Both the position numbers and the translations under genes were made by a program. A stretch of DNA of 64,000 nucleotides, from NCBI GenBank assembly GCA_029838195.1, contig JALGVJ010000003.1, forward strand, positions 32,001-96,000, read 5' to 3'. The stretch is from Promethearchaeota archaeon (GTDB lineage Archaea; Asgardarchaeota; Lokiarchaeia; Sigyniarchaeales; SOKP01). Positions 19,344 to 29,760 of the stretch are shown here, piece by piece. The notes beneath the pieces were generated by a model that saw only the letters and a program-made list of their open reading frames with translations, did no database searches and had not been told where the DNA came from. Every line of letters begins with the position of its first letter. The stretch's first letter is position 1.

Positions 19344-20813
19344 TCACAATTTTTTATTTCTTTCTTGCTTATTTTTGAAAATGGTTCCATTCGTTCGACC
19401 AATAATCGGTTCGGAATGAATGATGACTTCCAAACTCTTTTCCAAGTTTAACCTTTCTTTTATTTCAAGTTCCAAACGGGACACGAGATTATGTACTTGG
19501 AAAATATTTAACGAGCCATCAAAAAAAACGTGAATTTCTAATATTAAATGATCCAAGGTTTTCCAGAATTCTAATCCATGATATCCTCGTATAGCTTCAT
19601 ATTTTTTTAGAATTTCCTCAATTTCTGCTTTAAGTTCCAATTTTTTTTCCTTATCTTTCAATGCAAAATCCACGGGTTCCATACCTTTTTCTACATGTTC
19701 AATTTGAGGCTCAATATGAGTAATGATGCGGGTGAGTTCAGGCGCTAATTTTTTAATGTCTCGTTCAAATCTCGTAGAAATGTCATGAGCTTGTTGGAGC
19801 GACAAATTAGGAATCATCACGATGGTGAAGGAGAAAAACAATTTATCTTTAAAAGAAAACAAGTTGCATTCTTTAAGTTCCGTTATTTCTGGATATTCTG
19901 GTTTTAAAGAATACACGATATTCATGAGATTATCCTTATAAATTAATTCGCTTCCTAAAGGATTCATTTCAATAATCATTTCTAACTCGTGAGCGGGGAA
20001 CAATCGTTTCCCAATAGCTTTTATTGCTAAATTAATTTCATTTGCTCGCGCCACGGAGATATGATCTTCAACAAATAAAACGATTTCTATGAATAATCTA
20101 TTCTTAATAACTCGTAATTTTATATCTTGAATCCCATTTACGTGCTTGAGATTAAAAATTTCTCGTCGAAATTGTTCCATGATGTATTGATTAACGGGAT
20201 TCACGTCCATTAATGCATTAATTCCGCCCCTTAATAATTTAAGAGCTCCAACGATTATCCAACCGGATAAAATGATGCTGATGATGGGATCCATGAAAGT
20301 GATGCCTACGAGGGATAAAATAAAACTTGCCAGTACTAATAAAGCCCGTAGCGAATCTTGAAATAAATTTAATCCTTGTAATTCCAAGGATAAACTCCTG
20401 TTCTTTTTTCCTTGCCAAATCAAAATCCTCGAATAAGCCATGTTAATCATGAAAGAAATTATCAAAAAGATCATTCCGGTTTCTGGATTTTTAATTTCAA
20501 ACACGCCTGTTAAAAGCGTGCGAAGTGCATTAAAAACTAAAAACATGTAAATAGCGATTAGAATGACGCTTTGAATTAATGCTCCAATTTCATCAATCTT
20601 AGAATGTCCATACATGTGTTCATGGTCAGCAGGTTTTCCGCTTTGATATAAAAAATATAAAGTAATGGATATGAACACGATATCTACTAACGTATCTATA
20701 GTTTCAGATAAAAAACTCAAGCTATTAGTAATTAATACTCCAATGATTTTCAAACACGATTGAATCAAGATGATGAAAAGAGTTATAACGCCAAATTTCA
20801 TTTTATCGTTCAT
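19344..20813 (-). CDS. Cation diffusion facilitator transporter with three C-terminal ZT-dimer domains
   Basis: Six TM segments, KPADHEHMYGHSK; three repeats ending IEMNP / THIEP / IHSEP. Confidence 0.88.
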   Translation of the reverse strand: MNDKMKFGVITLFIILIQSCLKIIGVLITNSLSFLSETIDTLVDIVFISITLYFLYQSGKPADHEHMYGHSKIDEIGALIQSVILIAIYMFLVFNALRTLLTGVFEIKNPETGMIFLIISFMINMAYSRILIWQGKKNRSLSLELQGLNLFQDSLRALLVLASFILSLVGITFMDPIISIILSGWIIVGALKLLRGGINALMDVNPVNQYIMEQFRREIFNLKHVNGIQDIKLRVIKNRLFIEIVLFVEDHISVARANEINLAIKAIGKRLFPAHELEMIIEMNPLGSELIYKDNLMNIVYSLKPEYPEITELKECNLFSFKDKLFFSFTIVMIPNLSLQQAHDISTRFERDIKKLAPELTRIITHIEPQIEHVEKGMEPVDFALKDKEKKLELKAEIEEILKKYEAIRGYHGLEFWKTLDHLILEIHVFFDGSLNIFQVHNLVSRLELEIKERLNLEKSLEVIIHSEPIIGRTNGTIFKNKQERNKKL

Positions 20814-20903
20814 GTCTTTCTCTGCCTTTAATTTATTAGAATTAATGTAAAAAATAGAAATAAAAAAATAAAGAATAACTTTTGAACTTTTTGGATTTAA
20901 CGG

Positions 20904-22139
20904 TTATAATGCTTCTCGAGGAATTATTACTTCTAAATCTGAGATGGGATAAGAGCAGCATGGATGGAAATAATTAAATTTTTTATCTCCTTCTCTTCGC
21001 CAATCAGAGAGCGGATTAACGTACACATTTCCTGATACCAAAAGTGAACGGCAGAATCCGCATTCTCCTGAGCGACATTTTGAAGGCGGAGCAAGATTGG
21101 CTCTTTCTAAAGCCACTAATACGGATTCCGTGGCAATAGCAGGAATTTCTTTCGTTAGAGTACCAATAGTCGCCTTGATTTTAAAGGTTTTTTCTGCAAC
21201 TGTTTGAGGATAGCCAGGCAACGCCAACACGTTTTTTGGTTCTCCAAAAGCTTCTCTCCGCACTCTTTTTGGAGGTAGATTGAATTTTTTGAGTTGCTCT
21301 TCCACAAAATTATACATGACTTGAGGACCGCAGATAAAAAATGAACTATTATTTACGTCGGTGTATTTTTCAATGATCTCAGAGGTAATAAAACCCGTTT
21401 CACATCCTGTAAGGGTGACTTCTTCAGAACTCAATACGATGACCATTTTAAATTTGTCTGGATGCTCGCTTTCCATTTTTTTAAGCTCATCATGGAAGAT
21501 GATATCTTCCTCATCACTACAACCATAAATTAATGTCAGCTTTGCATCGCAATTCCCTTCAATGATATCTTTAGCAATAGATCGAAACGGCGTAATGCCT
21601 GAGCCACCTGCGAGCCCCACGATGTGTTGCTTATCCCTCAACGGTTCGTAATAAAAGAAACCTTCGGGTCCGGAGGTCTCGATTTTCGTGCCTACTGTCC
21701 AATTATCCCATATATAATGGGTTAAAAATCCCTCTTCTTCCCTTTTAATCGTAAGGTCATAAAACCCTTTTAAAGCTTCGGATGGGGAAGAAGAGATGGA
21801 ATAAGGTCGGGTAATCCTCACGCCATTTACGTTAACTTTCACGCTTAAATATTGTCCGGCTCGAAAGTAAGCTAACTCTTTAGTGGGTGAATCGGGATTG
21901 GGTACTAACCGGAATGTTTTTGTTGATTTAGTTTCATCTTTAATTTCATTGATTTTCAGGTACTGGCGTTTCGGATGCAATTTTTTAGCCAATTCATTCA
22001 TGGGGTCAGATTTTATGGGTTTGCTTGGCGCTTTTTCAAACCTTTTTTTCCGCTCTGGTACCAACTTAGTAAATGCAAGCAAATCCTTTGTATTACTTCT
22101 AACCGTGATGGTCAAGTCTTTATCTTGTTTTCCACTCAT
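20904..22139 (-). CDS. FNR-type FAD/NAD-binding reductase with C-terminal [2Fe-2S] ferredoxin
   Basis: RPYSISS, AGGSGITP, ICGP, CRSGECGFC...C. Confidence 0.88.
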   Translation of the reverse strand: MSGKQDKDLTITVRSNTKDLLAFTKLVPERKKRFEKAPSKPIKSDPMNELAKKLHPKRQYLKINEIKDETKSTKTFRLVPNPDSPTKELAYFRAGQYLSVKVNVNGVRITRPYSISSSPSEALKGFYDLTIKREEEGFLTHYIWDNWTVGTKIETSGPEGFFYYEPLRDKQHIVGLAGGSGITPFRSIAKDIIEGNCDAKLTLIYGCSDEEDIIFHDELKKMESEHPDKFKMVIVLSSEEVTLTGCETGFITSEIIEKYTDVNNSSFFICGPQVMYNFVEEQLKKFNLPPKRVRREAFGEPKNVLALPGYPQTVAEKTFKIKATIGTLTKEIPAIATESVLVALERANLAPPSKCRSGECGFCRSLLVSGNVYVNPLSDWRREGDKKFNYFHPCCSYPISDLEVIIPREAL

Positions 22140-23707
22140 TTTATCACGCCCTCCTTTATTAATTCTTGTAAAGTCAACAATCCCGCAGTTTCTCCATCCT
22201 TCATGGCGCTACTGTACCCGTGGCAGCGTTTTCCAAACCCTCCGCAGAATTCTAATCCTTGAATGTGTTTCTCATCATTCATGTTCATTAACCGTGCGAT
22301 AAAAGAATCCCAAGAATCGGGTTCATATCCATACACGACGCCGTTATATGTTCCCGTATATCTGGCAAATGTTTGAGGGGTTGCTATTTCAATTTCTTCT
22401 ATGTGGTCCATGATATTGGTTCCCGTAGCTTTTTCAAAATTTCGGATTAATCCTTCGGCAATCTTATTTTTCAATTTAAAATATTCTTCCGGCTTGACAT
22501 TATCCCACACTCCCGGAAGGAACGCGGAGGTTATGGAAAGAATGCTTGTTCCTGGAGGGGAACAATCAGGAATGGCTGCATTCAAGCATATGGTAGCTTG
22601 GACTTTAGGAATCTCTAATTTACCTAAAGATTCATAAAGAACATCGGTATCTGAGGTTTCGTTGATAAAATAACTATATTCTGTTAAACCCAACTCTTCT
22701 GCGGATGCATCTAATCCCATGTACACAACAAACGTCGAAATGGCGTGCCGCCGAGCATTGATTTCCTTTAATGCGATTTCCGGGACTTCACTTTTTGGAT
22801 AAATGAGTTTATTATATACAAGAGTAGGGGATGCATTGGAAACCACGTGGTTAGTTTTGATTTTATCGCCATTTGATGTTTCAACACCCACGACCCTGCC
22901 ATCTTCTACTAATATTTTGTCAACCCTGGTATTGTATTCTATTTTTCCTCCAAATTCTCTTATTTTAGCATCTAAGGCGGTTGTAAATTCATTTGAGCGA
23001 TATTTGGGTATGTATGCCCCTCTACGGATGTATAGATATGTCATGATAGTATATATCGTGGAATTCATTCTGCTTTCTGGTAGGCCTAAATAGACCCAAT
23101 AAGCATTTAATATTTTTCGTGCTTGTTCAGGGATACCTAAAGCATCTTGAACTTCTTTAAGAGAATAAGCTGAAGTTTTTAAAAAATTGGAGTGTTCTTG
23201 TAATAAAACTTTTTGATCTGGATTTCCTTTGGTTTGCCCAATGTAGGTTGTCGCTCGCAGGATGTCCTCCCCTAATTTGAAGAATTTCTCCACGGATTCT
23301 TTACTCCCCGGTACTTCTTTTTCGAGCGCTTCAATGAATTCATTTATTCCAAAGGGCATTGTAACATCGAGTTTCTCCTTAGGATCTGTTAAAATGAGCC
23401 TATATGCTTCTGGAACCCTAATGAATTCCGCATCTAAATTAAATTTATCTTCAAATAATACTCGAATGCCACCTTTATCATCTGGTGGCCCAAAATCGCA
23501 CAATTCGTGTAAAGATGTTTCAAATTCAAATCGTCCCCTAACAAAACTTGATGCAAATCCACCGGGTAAATTATGTTGCTCTAAAAGTAGAACTTTCGCT
23601 CCTTTCATGGCTAATTGAGTTGCTGCCACTAATCCGCCGTTTCCCGCTCCTATAATCACCGCATCATAAGCAGCATCATATTTTTCTTGCGTTATTTGTT
23701 CTGTCAT
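22136..23707 (-). CDS. Phytoene desaturase (CrtI)/retinol-saturase-like FAD oxidoreductase
   Basis: IIGAGNGG, LEQHNLPGG..SSF.RG, ATPQTFARY. Confidence 0.85.
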   Translation of the reverse strand: MTEQITQEKYDAAYDAVIIGAGNGGLVAATQLAMKGAKVLLLEQHNLPGGFASSFVRGRFEFETSLHELCDFGPPDDKGGIRVLFEDKFNLDAEFIRVPEAYRLILTDPKEKLDVTMPFGINEFIEALEKEVPGSKESVEKFFKLGEDILRATTYIGQTKGNPDQKVLLQEHSNFLKTSAYSLKEVQDALGIPEQARKILNAYWVYLGLPESRMNSTIYTIMTYLYIRRGAYIPKYRSNEFTTALDAKIREFGGKIEYNTRVDKILVEDGRVVGVETSNGDKIKTNHVVSNASPTLVYNKLIYPKSEVPEIALKEINARRHAISTFVVYMGLDASAEELGLTEYSYFINETSDTDVLYESLGKLEIPKVQATICLNAAIPDCSPPGTSILSITSAFLPGVWDNVKPEEYFKLKNKIAEGLIRNFEKATGTNIMDHIEEIEIATPQTFARYTGTYNGVVYGYEPDSWDSFIARLMNMNDEKHIQGLEFCGGFGKRCHGYSSAMKDGETAGLLTLQELIKEGVIK

Positions 23708-23962
23708 GATTTTTTCTCTTTCTTTAATTTGGATTATTAAATTATATGATTATCAGAAACTATTAAAGTCTTTTTCATTTAAAAATCCAAAATTTTACAT
23801 GATTGGAAAAAAGCTCGGTTCTGAATTAATTTCAAATAATAAGCATCCATGGGCGTCCTTATTAATCGAATTTCCTTAATAAATGAATCTTAAGCTTAAA
23901 ATTTTCCTCATGAATAAAATATTATTTAAATGCGGAAGTAGGCTTTTAATAGAGCAAATTCA

Positions 23963-25429
23963 TCATCCTAAAAATCGACGAATATTGGCTGCCATTAATA
24001 CTTGCTCTTCGATGTTCACGTTTTTAATTTTCTTGAGAGATGAAGAAATAAAAGTGGTAATACTTTCATGCTCTTCATTAATTTCATGGTCAATATTTAA
24101 TTCATTTATTTTTTCTATTAATGGTTCAGGTAAGTAATCTTGGTGGGGATTATAATATTGTAAAGCATCTTTAAGGTCTTTTCGAAAATTTACATAAACC
24201 TCCTCCACTTGTTCTAAATCTTTATCGGAAAGAGCGTTAAGCCCTAAAATTTCGGGAGGAATCCCGATGGAGTAAAGTGCAGCCGTAAAGGTGATGGCTC
24301 TTGGTAGCTGAATACCGTTGACACTTCGAGAATAGCCGAATAGACCAATGTGTAGTTTTCTTTTCCTGCGTTTTGGAACAAATCTAGCAATTTTGTTGAT
24401 GAAAGGGGCGAGAAGTTTAATTTGTCTTGAATATTCTTCAATATATTTGTCTAAGATTGGTAGAATTTTTTCTTCTTCTACCTTACGGGGAGGAGAACGT
24501 TTTCGCTCTTTAATTTGATTTATAGCCCGTGTTACCTTCTCCGGTGGATTATCATATTTAAATGCGGATTGAATGGTGAAGGTATGCACGCTCGGATATT
24601 CATTTGATACCCGCTCTACTGTATCTGGGCAAAGATTTCCTCTAAAGGGGGGTGATCCTACGCCAATAATGGGAAATAATTCTATGTTTATTTTTTCAGC
24701 TAAGTTATAAATTTTCTGAAGGGCAATTTTGTTGAATAATACAGCTGATAATAAGCCATAGTTCATCGCAGGATCTGATCTCGCTAAAAATACACGTTGA
24801 TATTCAAAATCTTTATCAATTAAATATTCTCGCAAGATCTCGTGAGCAGATAACATGTGTTCTTTATCCTCAAAAAGAGGAATGACATTAATTTGTTCTG
24901 GCTTGAATTTTCCAATCCATTCTGCAATGGTAATATCTCCCCCTTGAAAAGCAAAATTCTGCTTGCCAACCACAAAATCCTTGTAATATTTATAGATCCT
25001 TTCAATACTTTGAACAGACGTTGTCATGGGAAGAATTATTTCAAATATTGGCGCTATATCATCATTAAATAGTAAATTAGAGGCATCAAAAGATCGAGGA
25101 ATGCTCTCTAAGGTCTCTAAAAGTATCTTTGCTTCTGCTCTTTCAATTAAAGGATTAGGAACACGCAAGGTAAGGAACACGTCTCTTCCCAGCCGCTTTT
25201 CCTCAAAAAACGTTTTATAGCGCGTTATTAATTTTTTCACGACATAATTATCAATTTCTTTTCCTTCACAATCCCACATCTGCTCATCGCATCCCAAATG
25301 AGAAAAAGCATAATAAGCTTCCATTATCTCGTCTTCACCCCCAATTTCAGAACTCTCTGTAAAAAAAGGGGAATTAACGTTATCGGGATGCTGTGTGGAC
25401 ATGCATTTTGGAATATTCATGCGGATCAT
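23963..25429 (-). CDS. ppcA: Archaeal-type phosphoenolpyruvate carboxylase
   Basis: IPKCMSTQHPDN, MWDCEGK, ARSDPAMNYG, GSPPFRG, LPRAITFTA. Confidence 0.95.
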   Translation of the reverse strand: MIRMNIPKCMSTQHPDNVNSPFFTESSEIGGEDEIMEAYYAFSHLGCDEQMWDCEGKEIDNYVVKKLITRYKTFFEEKRLGRDVFLTLRVPNPLIERAEAKILLETLESIPRSFDASNLLFNDDIAPIFEIILPMTTSVQSIERIYKYYKDFVVGKQNFAFQGGDITIAEWIGKFKPEQINVIPLFEDKEHMLSAHEILREYLIDKDFEYQRVFLARSDPAMNYGLLSAVLFNKIALQKIYNLAEKINIELFPIIGVGSPPFRGNLCPDTVERVSNEYPSVHTFTIQSAFKYDNPPEKVTRAINQIKERKRSPPRKVEEEKILPILDKYIEEYSRQIKLLAPFINKIARFVPKRRKRKLHIGLFGYSRSVNGIQLPRAITFTAALYSIGIPPEILGLNALSDKDLEQVEEVYVNFRKDLKDALQYYNPHQDYLPEPLIEKINELNIDHEINEEHESITTFISSSLKKIKNVNIEEQVLMAANIRRFLG

Positions 25430-25740
25430 CGTTCTCCTTTTATTAAAATAAATAAGGTAAAATAAAGGGATTAATTTACTTCTTATTCTTTAATGGTTCT
25501 AAAAATCTATTTTTATTTGACGAATTTTTTAAAAACCTTATTTGGCTAACTACAGGAAAATAAGTCAAAACGAAAACATCCATTTTTATCAAATTTCTTA
25601 AAGCTTTGCTAATGATTCTTAATTCTGAGAAATAAAAGCATGAATATCTAATAAAATTATCTTTAATTGATATATAACAAGTTATTGTTCCATTCAATGT
25701 GGTTAGAAAATATTTAATTACATAAGGAAATCCAACTCAA

Positions 25741-26613
25741 TCATTTTCGAGAGGGGGAGGCATAGCAATAATCACAATCATGCTTGCATTTGAAAATCCC
25801 CGTATATCCCCCAATATCTTTTGATTTGTGACAATTACAATTCTTTCTCTGGCCTGTATCGCGAATTTTTGGAATGGTTTCTCCCGCTAATGCTTCGATT
25901 TTAGTCGCATCAATACAACATGCTTGTTCAATTCCCGAAATTCTTAACAAATCAGGTTGACAACACGCCTTCATCACTACATCATGTTTTTTACATGTCG
26001 AGAGTAATTTTATTACAATTTCTTTTTTTTCCTGGAATGACAAGGTAACGGGATGTTTTCCTCGAGCAATCATTCTTTTTTTTACTTTTGGATAAATGGT
26101 AACAAAAGAAAAGATCATTTCTTCAAGTCCTAAAGAAGAGATGGTCTCGATGATGTATTCAAAATGAGTTAAATTATCATGAATTTTTTTTCCTTTCTTG
26201 TAAAAAACAATTGGATCAAATCTAAAATTTACCGCTAATTTGCCGAAAGTCTTGATTAACCATTTTAATTGCTCGAATCTTTCCTCTAAAGAGATGGTCA
26301 CATTAGGCTCTAATTCCGAGGGAGAATTAATGGTAAAATGAAAATAATGGGCTTTATATTGATTAAATAGTGGACGGTTCTGATGGTAGCATTTAATAAA
26401 AGGACCAAAATCTTTTGACCACCATACCCAGCATTTTACATCCTCCGGCAAGAGAGATACTCGATATACTTGCTTTGGATTAAAGGGATTGCGCACGTCC
26501 ACGTATCCCATATTAATTTTATCCATGACCCAATCCATCAAAAAAGCCGGAATATCACACCTTCTGGAACAGGATAGGATGGGAGATTTTACAAAAGGAA
26601 TGGTCGCATCCAC
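25741..26613 (-). CDS. DUF1848 family protein
   Basis: SCSRRCDIPAF, NPFN, WWSKD, RFDPI, C-terminal DIGGY..CKHDCDYCYA. Confidence 0.85.
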   Translation of the reverse strand: MDATIPFVKSPILSCSRRCDIPAFLMDWVMDKINMGYVDVRNPFNPKQVYRVSLLPEDVKCWVWWSKDFGPFIKCYHQNRPLFNQYKAHYFHFTINSPSELEPNVTISLEERFEQLKWLIKTFGKLAVNFRFDPIVFYKKGKKIHDNLTHFEYIIETISSLGLEEMIFSFVTIYPKVKKRMIARGKHPVTLSFQEKKEIVIKLLSTCKKHDVVMKACCQPDLLRISGIEQACCIDATKIEALAGETIPKIRDTGQRKNCNCHKSKDIGGYTGIFKCKHDCDYCYASPSRK

Positions 26614-26983
26614 GCATGTTCCCTCTGAATTAATCGCATTACTTTAATTCATTTCAATTAACTGAATAAAAAATATTCTAAGAAAAAAATAAATTAAACA
26701 ATAAATAATTAATTGAAAAGTTTTAACAAGAGGATTACAATAAAATGATTTTATCAGGTAAGCGGTCGTTTTCTTTAAAATTTATCCTTTTTTTTATTCA
26801 CCTTCCATTGTTTCTTTACTCTGCGGAGGTAGGATTTCTCATTTCCTAAAAAGAATTAAAAATTTTACTTTTTGTAATTATTTTATTAAGGTCATTTATT
26901 TTCAAGGATAAACTATTAATATCTTTTTGAATCTTTAAAAATTATACATGAAATTACAAATCATTTCAAGTTGGATTTAAATC

Positions 26984-28006
26984 ATGATTCCTTCAATAGA
27001 ATGGGTGGACAATAAGGTAAAAATGATTGACCAAACGGTATTACCGTTTGAGCTGAAATTTCTCGAATTTACCGATTATCGTGATGTGGCACGCTCTATC
27101 AAGGTAATGAACATAAGAGGCGCTCCCGCAATCGGCGTGGCAGCAGCTATGGGTATGGCACTGGCAACAATTGAGTATAAAGAATTACCCAAAGCCCAAT
27201 TCTTAGAAAAAGTAAAAGAAGCTGCTGAAGTCATTAAAAACACGCGGCCTACAGCTTCTAATCTCTTTTGGGCTGTTAATCGCATGTTGAATCTCATTCA
27301 TTCCCTTCCCGACAATCCTGAAGAAATATCAGAATTGGTCATCGAAGAGGCTAAATTAATGGCTCAAGAAGATATAAACGTCAATAAAAGTATTGGCAAG
27401 CATGGTGCCACGATTTTAGAAGATGGAGATACGGTTCTCACGCATTGTAATGCAGGTTCCTTGGCCACGGTTCAATATGGAACAGCTTTAGCTCCCATAA
27501 GATCGGCTATCGAACAAGGAAAAAAAATCAGCGTGATTGCGGATGAAACAAGGCCTCGACTACAAGGAGCTCGATTAACTGCTTATGAATTGCATTATGA
27601 TAATATCCCCGTAAAGGTCATTTCAGATACCTCTTCTGGATTATTAATGCGATTAGGAAAAATTGATAAAGTTATCGTGGGAACAGACCGAGTTACTACT
27701 GATGCCGTGTTCAACAAAATTGGAACCTATTTGGTGGCGTTAGCAGCAAAAGATAATAATATACCATTTTACGTGGCAGCACCCACATCCACTTTGTCTC
27801 TTCACGAAACCATTGAGGATGTTACCATCGAACAGAGAGATAGTTCCGAAGTTTGTACCGTGTTAGGTAAAGTACGCATCGTACCGGAAGGAGTGGAGTG
27901 CTTGAATTATGCGTTTGATATTACTCCATTCCGGCTTGTTACAGGGATAATTACAGAAGATGGGATTTTTACGCCGGAAGAATTGTTAAAAAAATATAAA
28001 ATTTAA
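26984..28006 (+). CDS. mtnA: S-methyl-5-thioribose-1-phosphate isomerase
   Basis: IRGAPAIG, TRPTA.NL, THCNAGSLAT, ETRPRLQGARLT, FDITP. Confidence 0.92.
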   Translation: MIPSIEWVDNKVKMIDQTVLPFELKFLEFTDYRDVARSIKVMNIRGAPAIGVAAAMGMALATIEYKELPKAQFLEKVKEAAEVIKNTRPTASNLFWAVNRMLNLIHSLPDNPEEISELVIEEAKLMAQEDINVNKSIGKHGATILEDGDTVLTHCNAGSLATVQYGTALAPIRSAIEQGKKISVIADETRPRLQGARLTAYELHYDNIPVKVISDTSSGLLMRLGKIDKVIVGTDRVTTDAVFNKIGTYLVALAAKDNNIPFYVAAPTSTLSLHETIEDVTIEQRDSSEVCTVLGKVRIVPEGVECLNYAFDITPFRLVTGIITEDGIFTPEELLKKYKI

Positions 28007-28093
28007 TCTTTTATCTTTTAATTTTTCTGTAGGTCTCGAATTTTTTAATATCAAATAGATTTGAGCATTTTCATCTTAATTTTTCGCATGAAA

Positions 28094-29083
28094 TTAATTA
28101 GAAAATAATCCGTTTAACACGCTTCTTAATTGATGTAAATTCTTGGTATTACTAAGAGCCATTCGAATATTTGTAGAATTTTCTATATCTTTTGTTAACC
28201 AAATGGAATTTCGTTTCAATTCAATGAATTTAAAAGATTCTTTATTATAAGGTAATTCAATATTTTCTAAGAATTGATCAATTATTTTTTCATATAATTC
28301 TAAATTCTTCTGCATGAGTTTTAAACCATTTTCATGGGGAATCCAATTCCCTGTTTTCAAGAATTGGTCTACTTGTTCGAATATTGCGGGATTACCCATG
28401 GAGGCTCTTCCAATCATTAATGCATCCACTTTTACGTGTTCAAGATAATACCTTGCCATTTTTCCGTTAAAAATATCTCCATTTCCCACTATCGGCAAAT
28501 TCAATCGTTCCTTAAGTTTCTTAATGGTTTCTAAATCAAGATTTTCTCTCTCGAATCGATGTTTTACCGTTCTTCCATGAACTGTTAAAAATTCAATATC
28601 TAAATCGTTAATGAATCCACAAAATTCCTCGACATTTAAAGGTTCTTCAAAACCCGTTCTAATTTTTAATGAAACCGGAACAGATGAATATTTTAAGGCC
28701 GTTTCCACTATTTTTTTTAATTTATCTAAATTTTTAAGCAAGAATCCTCCATATCCCGCTTTAAGAGCTCTCTTTGAAGGACAGCCTGCATTAATGTCTA
28801 AAATGTCGTAGCTATAACTTTCTAAGTGATCGAGTGCTTTCTTTAGCGCTTCGGCATCCTCCCCGATTATTTGAATGCTAATTGGTTTTTCTTCTTTAAT
28901 TTTCATGAGAGGTAATTGAACGGATTTCGGATTTGAAGCAATTCGTTTAGCATAAATCATGGGAACGCTCACTAATCCAATGGGATAAAAATAACGACAA
29001 AATCGCCTATAGGGTGCAGTTGTCACGTTTTGCATTGGTGCCAGCATGAGGTTGTTCTTTAATGCCAAACGACCCAACTTCAT
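28094..29083 (-). CDS. tRNA-dihydrouridine synthase (Dus family)
   Basis: LAPM, DINAGCP, SLKIRTG, VHGRT, GNGDI, MIGRA. Confidence 0.92.
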   Translation of the reverse strand: MKLGRLALKNNLMLAPMQNVTTAPYRRFCRYFYPIGLVSVPMIYAKRIASNPKSVQLPLMKIKEEKPISIQIIGEDAEALKKALDHLESYSYDILDINAGCPSKRALKAGYGGFLLKNLDKLKKIVETALKYSSVPVSLKIRTGFEEPLNVEEFCGFINDLDIEFLTVHGRTVKHRFERENLDLETIKKLKERLNLPIVGNGDIFNGKMARYYLEHVKVDALMIGRASMGNPAIFEQVDQFLKTGNWIPHENGLKLMQKNLELYEKIIDQFLENIELPYNKESFKFIELKRNSIWLTKDIENSTNIRMALSNTKNLHQLRSVLNGLFSN

Positions 29084-29222
29084 TTTTATCCCGCTTCAAT
29101 TATAATACTATCGAATTGACGATTGAGAATGAATGATCGAGAGATTTTTTACAAAACATTTCCTTTTTTCATTAAGAAGGAATTAATAATCTCAAAAGAA
29201 TCTTATCAAGCAGGAAAAAGCC

Positions 29223-29738
29223 ATGAGCAGATACTTAAATAAATTTGAATTTCAACCTACCGAAGTAGAAATCAACTACTTGGAAGGGGAACCCCTAAAA
29301 TTAACCGAAAAATTCTCATTTTATCATAATAAAAATTTCTTTCGAAATAAGATCACCCCCCTTCAGATTCTCATGAAAAATTACGTTAAAACCCCTTTAA
29401 CCGCCGCAGGCATTCGGGATTCTTATTTAGACGAAAAATACACGCAAAAATATTTAATCGTAATATTTACTGATAATGAGACCATTAAAAAAACAAATGA
29501 AATCCTTGCGTCAAAAGAAACCCTCCCGATTTCTCCCTCATGTTATTACATGGAATCTACTGCTGAATATTTCTTATTGCTTGCCCGAGACTTAGATGGC
29601 TTGAAATATGGTCTCCAAACAATGGAACTTTTTCTAAAACAAGTTTTAGATCATTATTTCAAGCAGCAAAATTTTGATGATTACATAAAAATTAGGCCCT
29701 TTCAACTGAAGGCGTGTCAACCGTTAAAAGAACCATGA
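29223..29738 (+). CDS. Hypothetical protein resembling the non-catalytic N-terminal domain of GH20 hexosaminidases
   Basis: CYYMES...LLLARDLDGLKYGLQT matches the pattern in the GH20 at 54704 (CYNLEV...IEGTSEKAVFHGLQT). Confidence 0.55.
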   Translation: MSRYLNKFEFQPTEVEINYLEGEPLKLTEKFSFYHNKNFFRNKITPLQILMKNYVKTPLTAAGIRDSYLDEKYTQKYLIVIFTDNETIKKTNEILASKETLPISPSCYYMESTAEYFLLLARDLDGLKYGLQTMELFLKQVLDHYFKQQNFDDYIKIRPFQLKACQPLKEP

Positions 29739-29760
29739 AAAGAAAAAAATTCCTTTTTCT

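Noticed and set aside
26745-26850. Possible C/D-box sRNA or short basic ORF on the minus strand
   Set aside because: No canonical C box, unsuitable spacing and no good start codon
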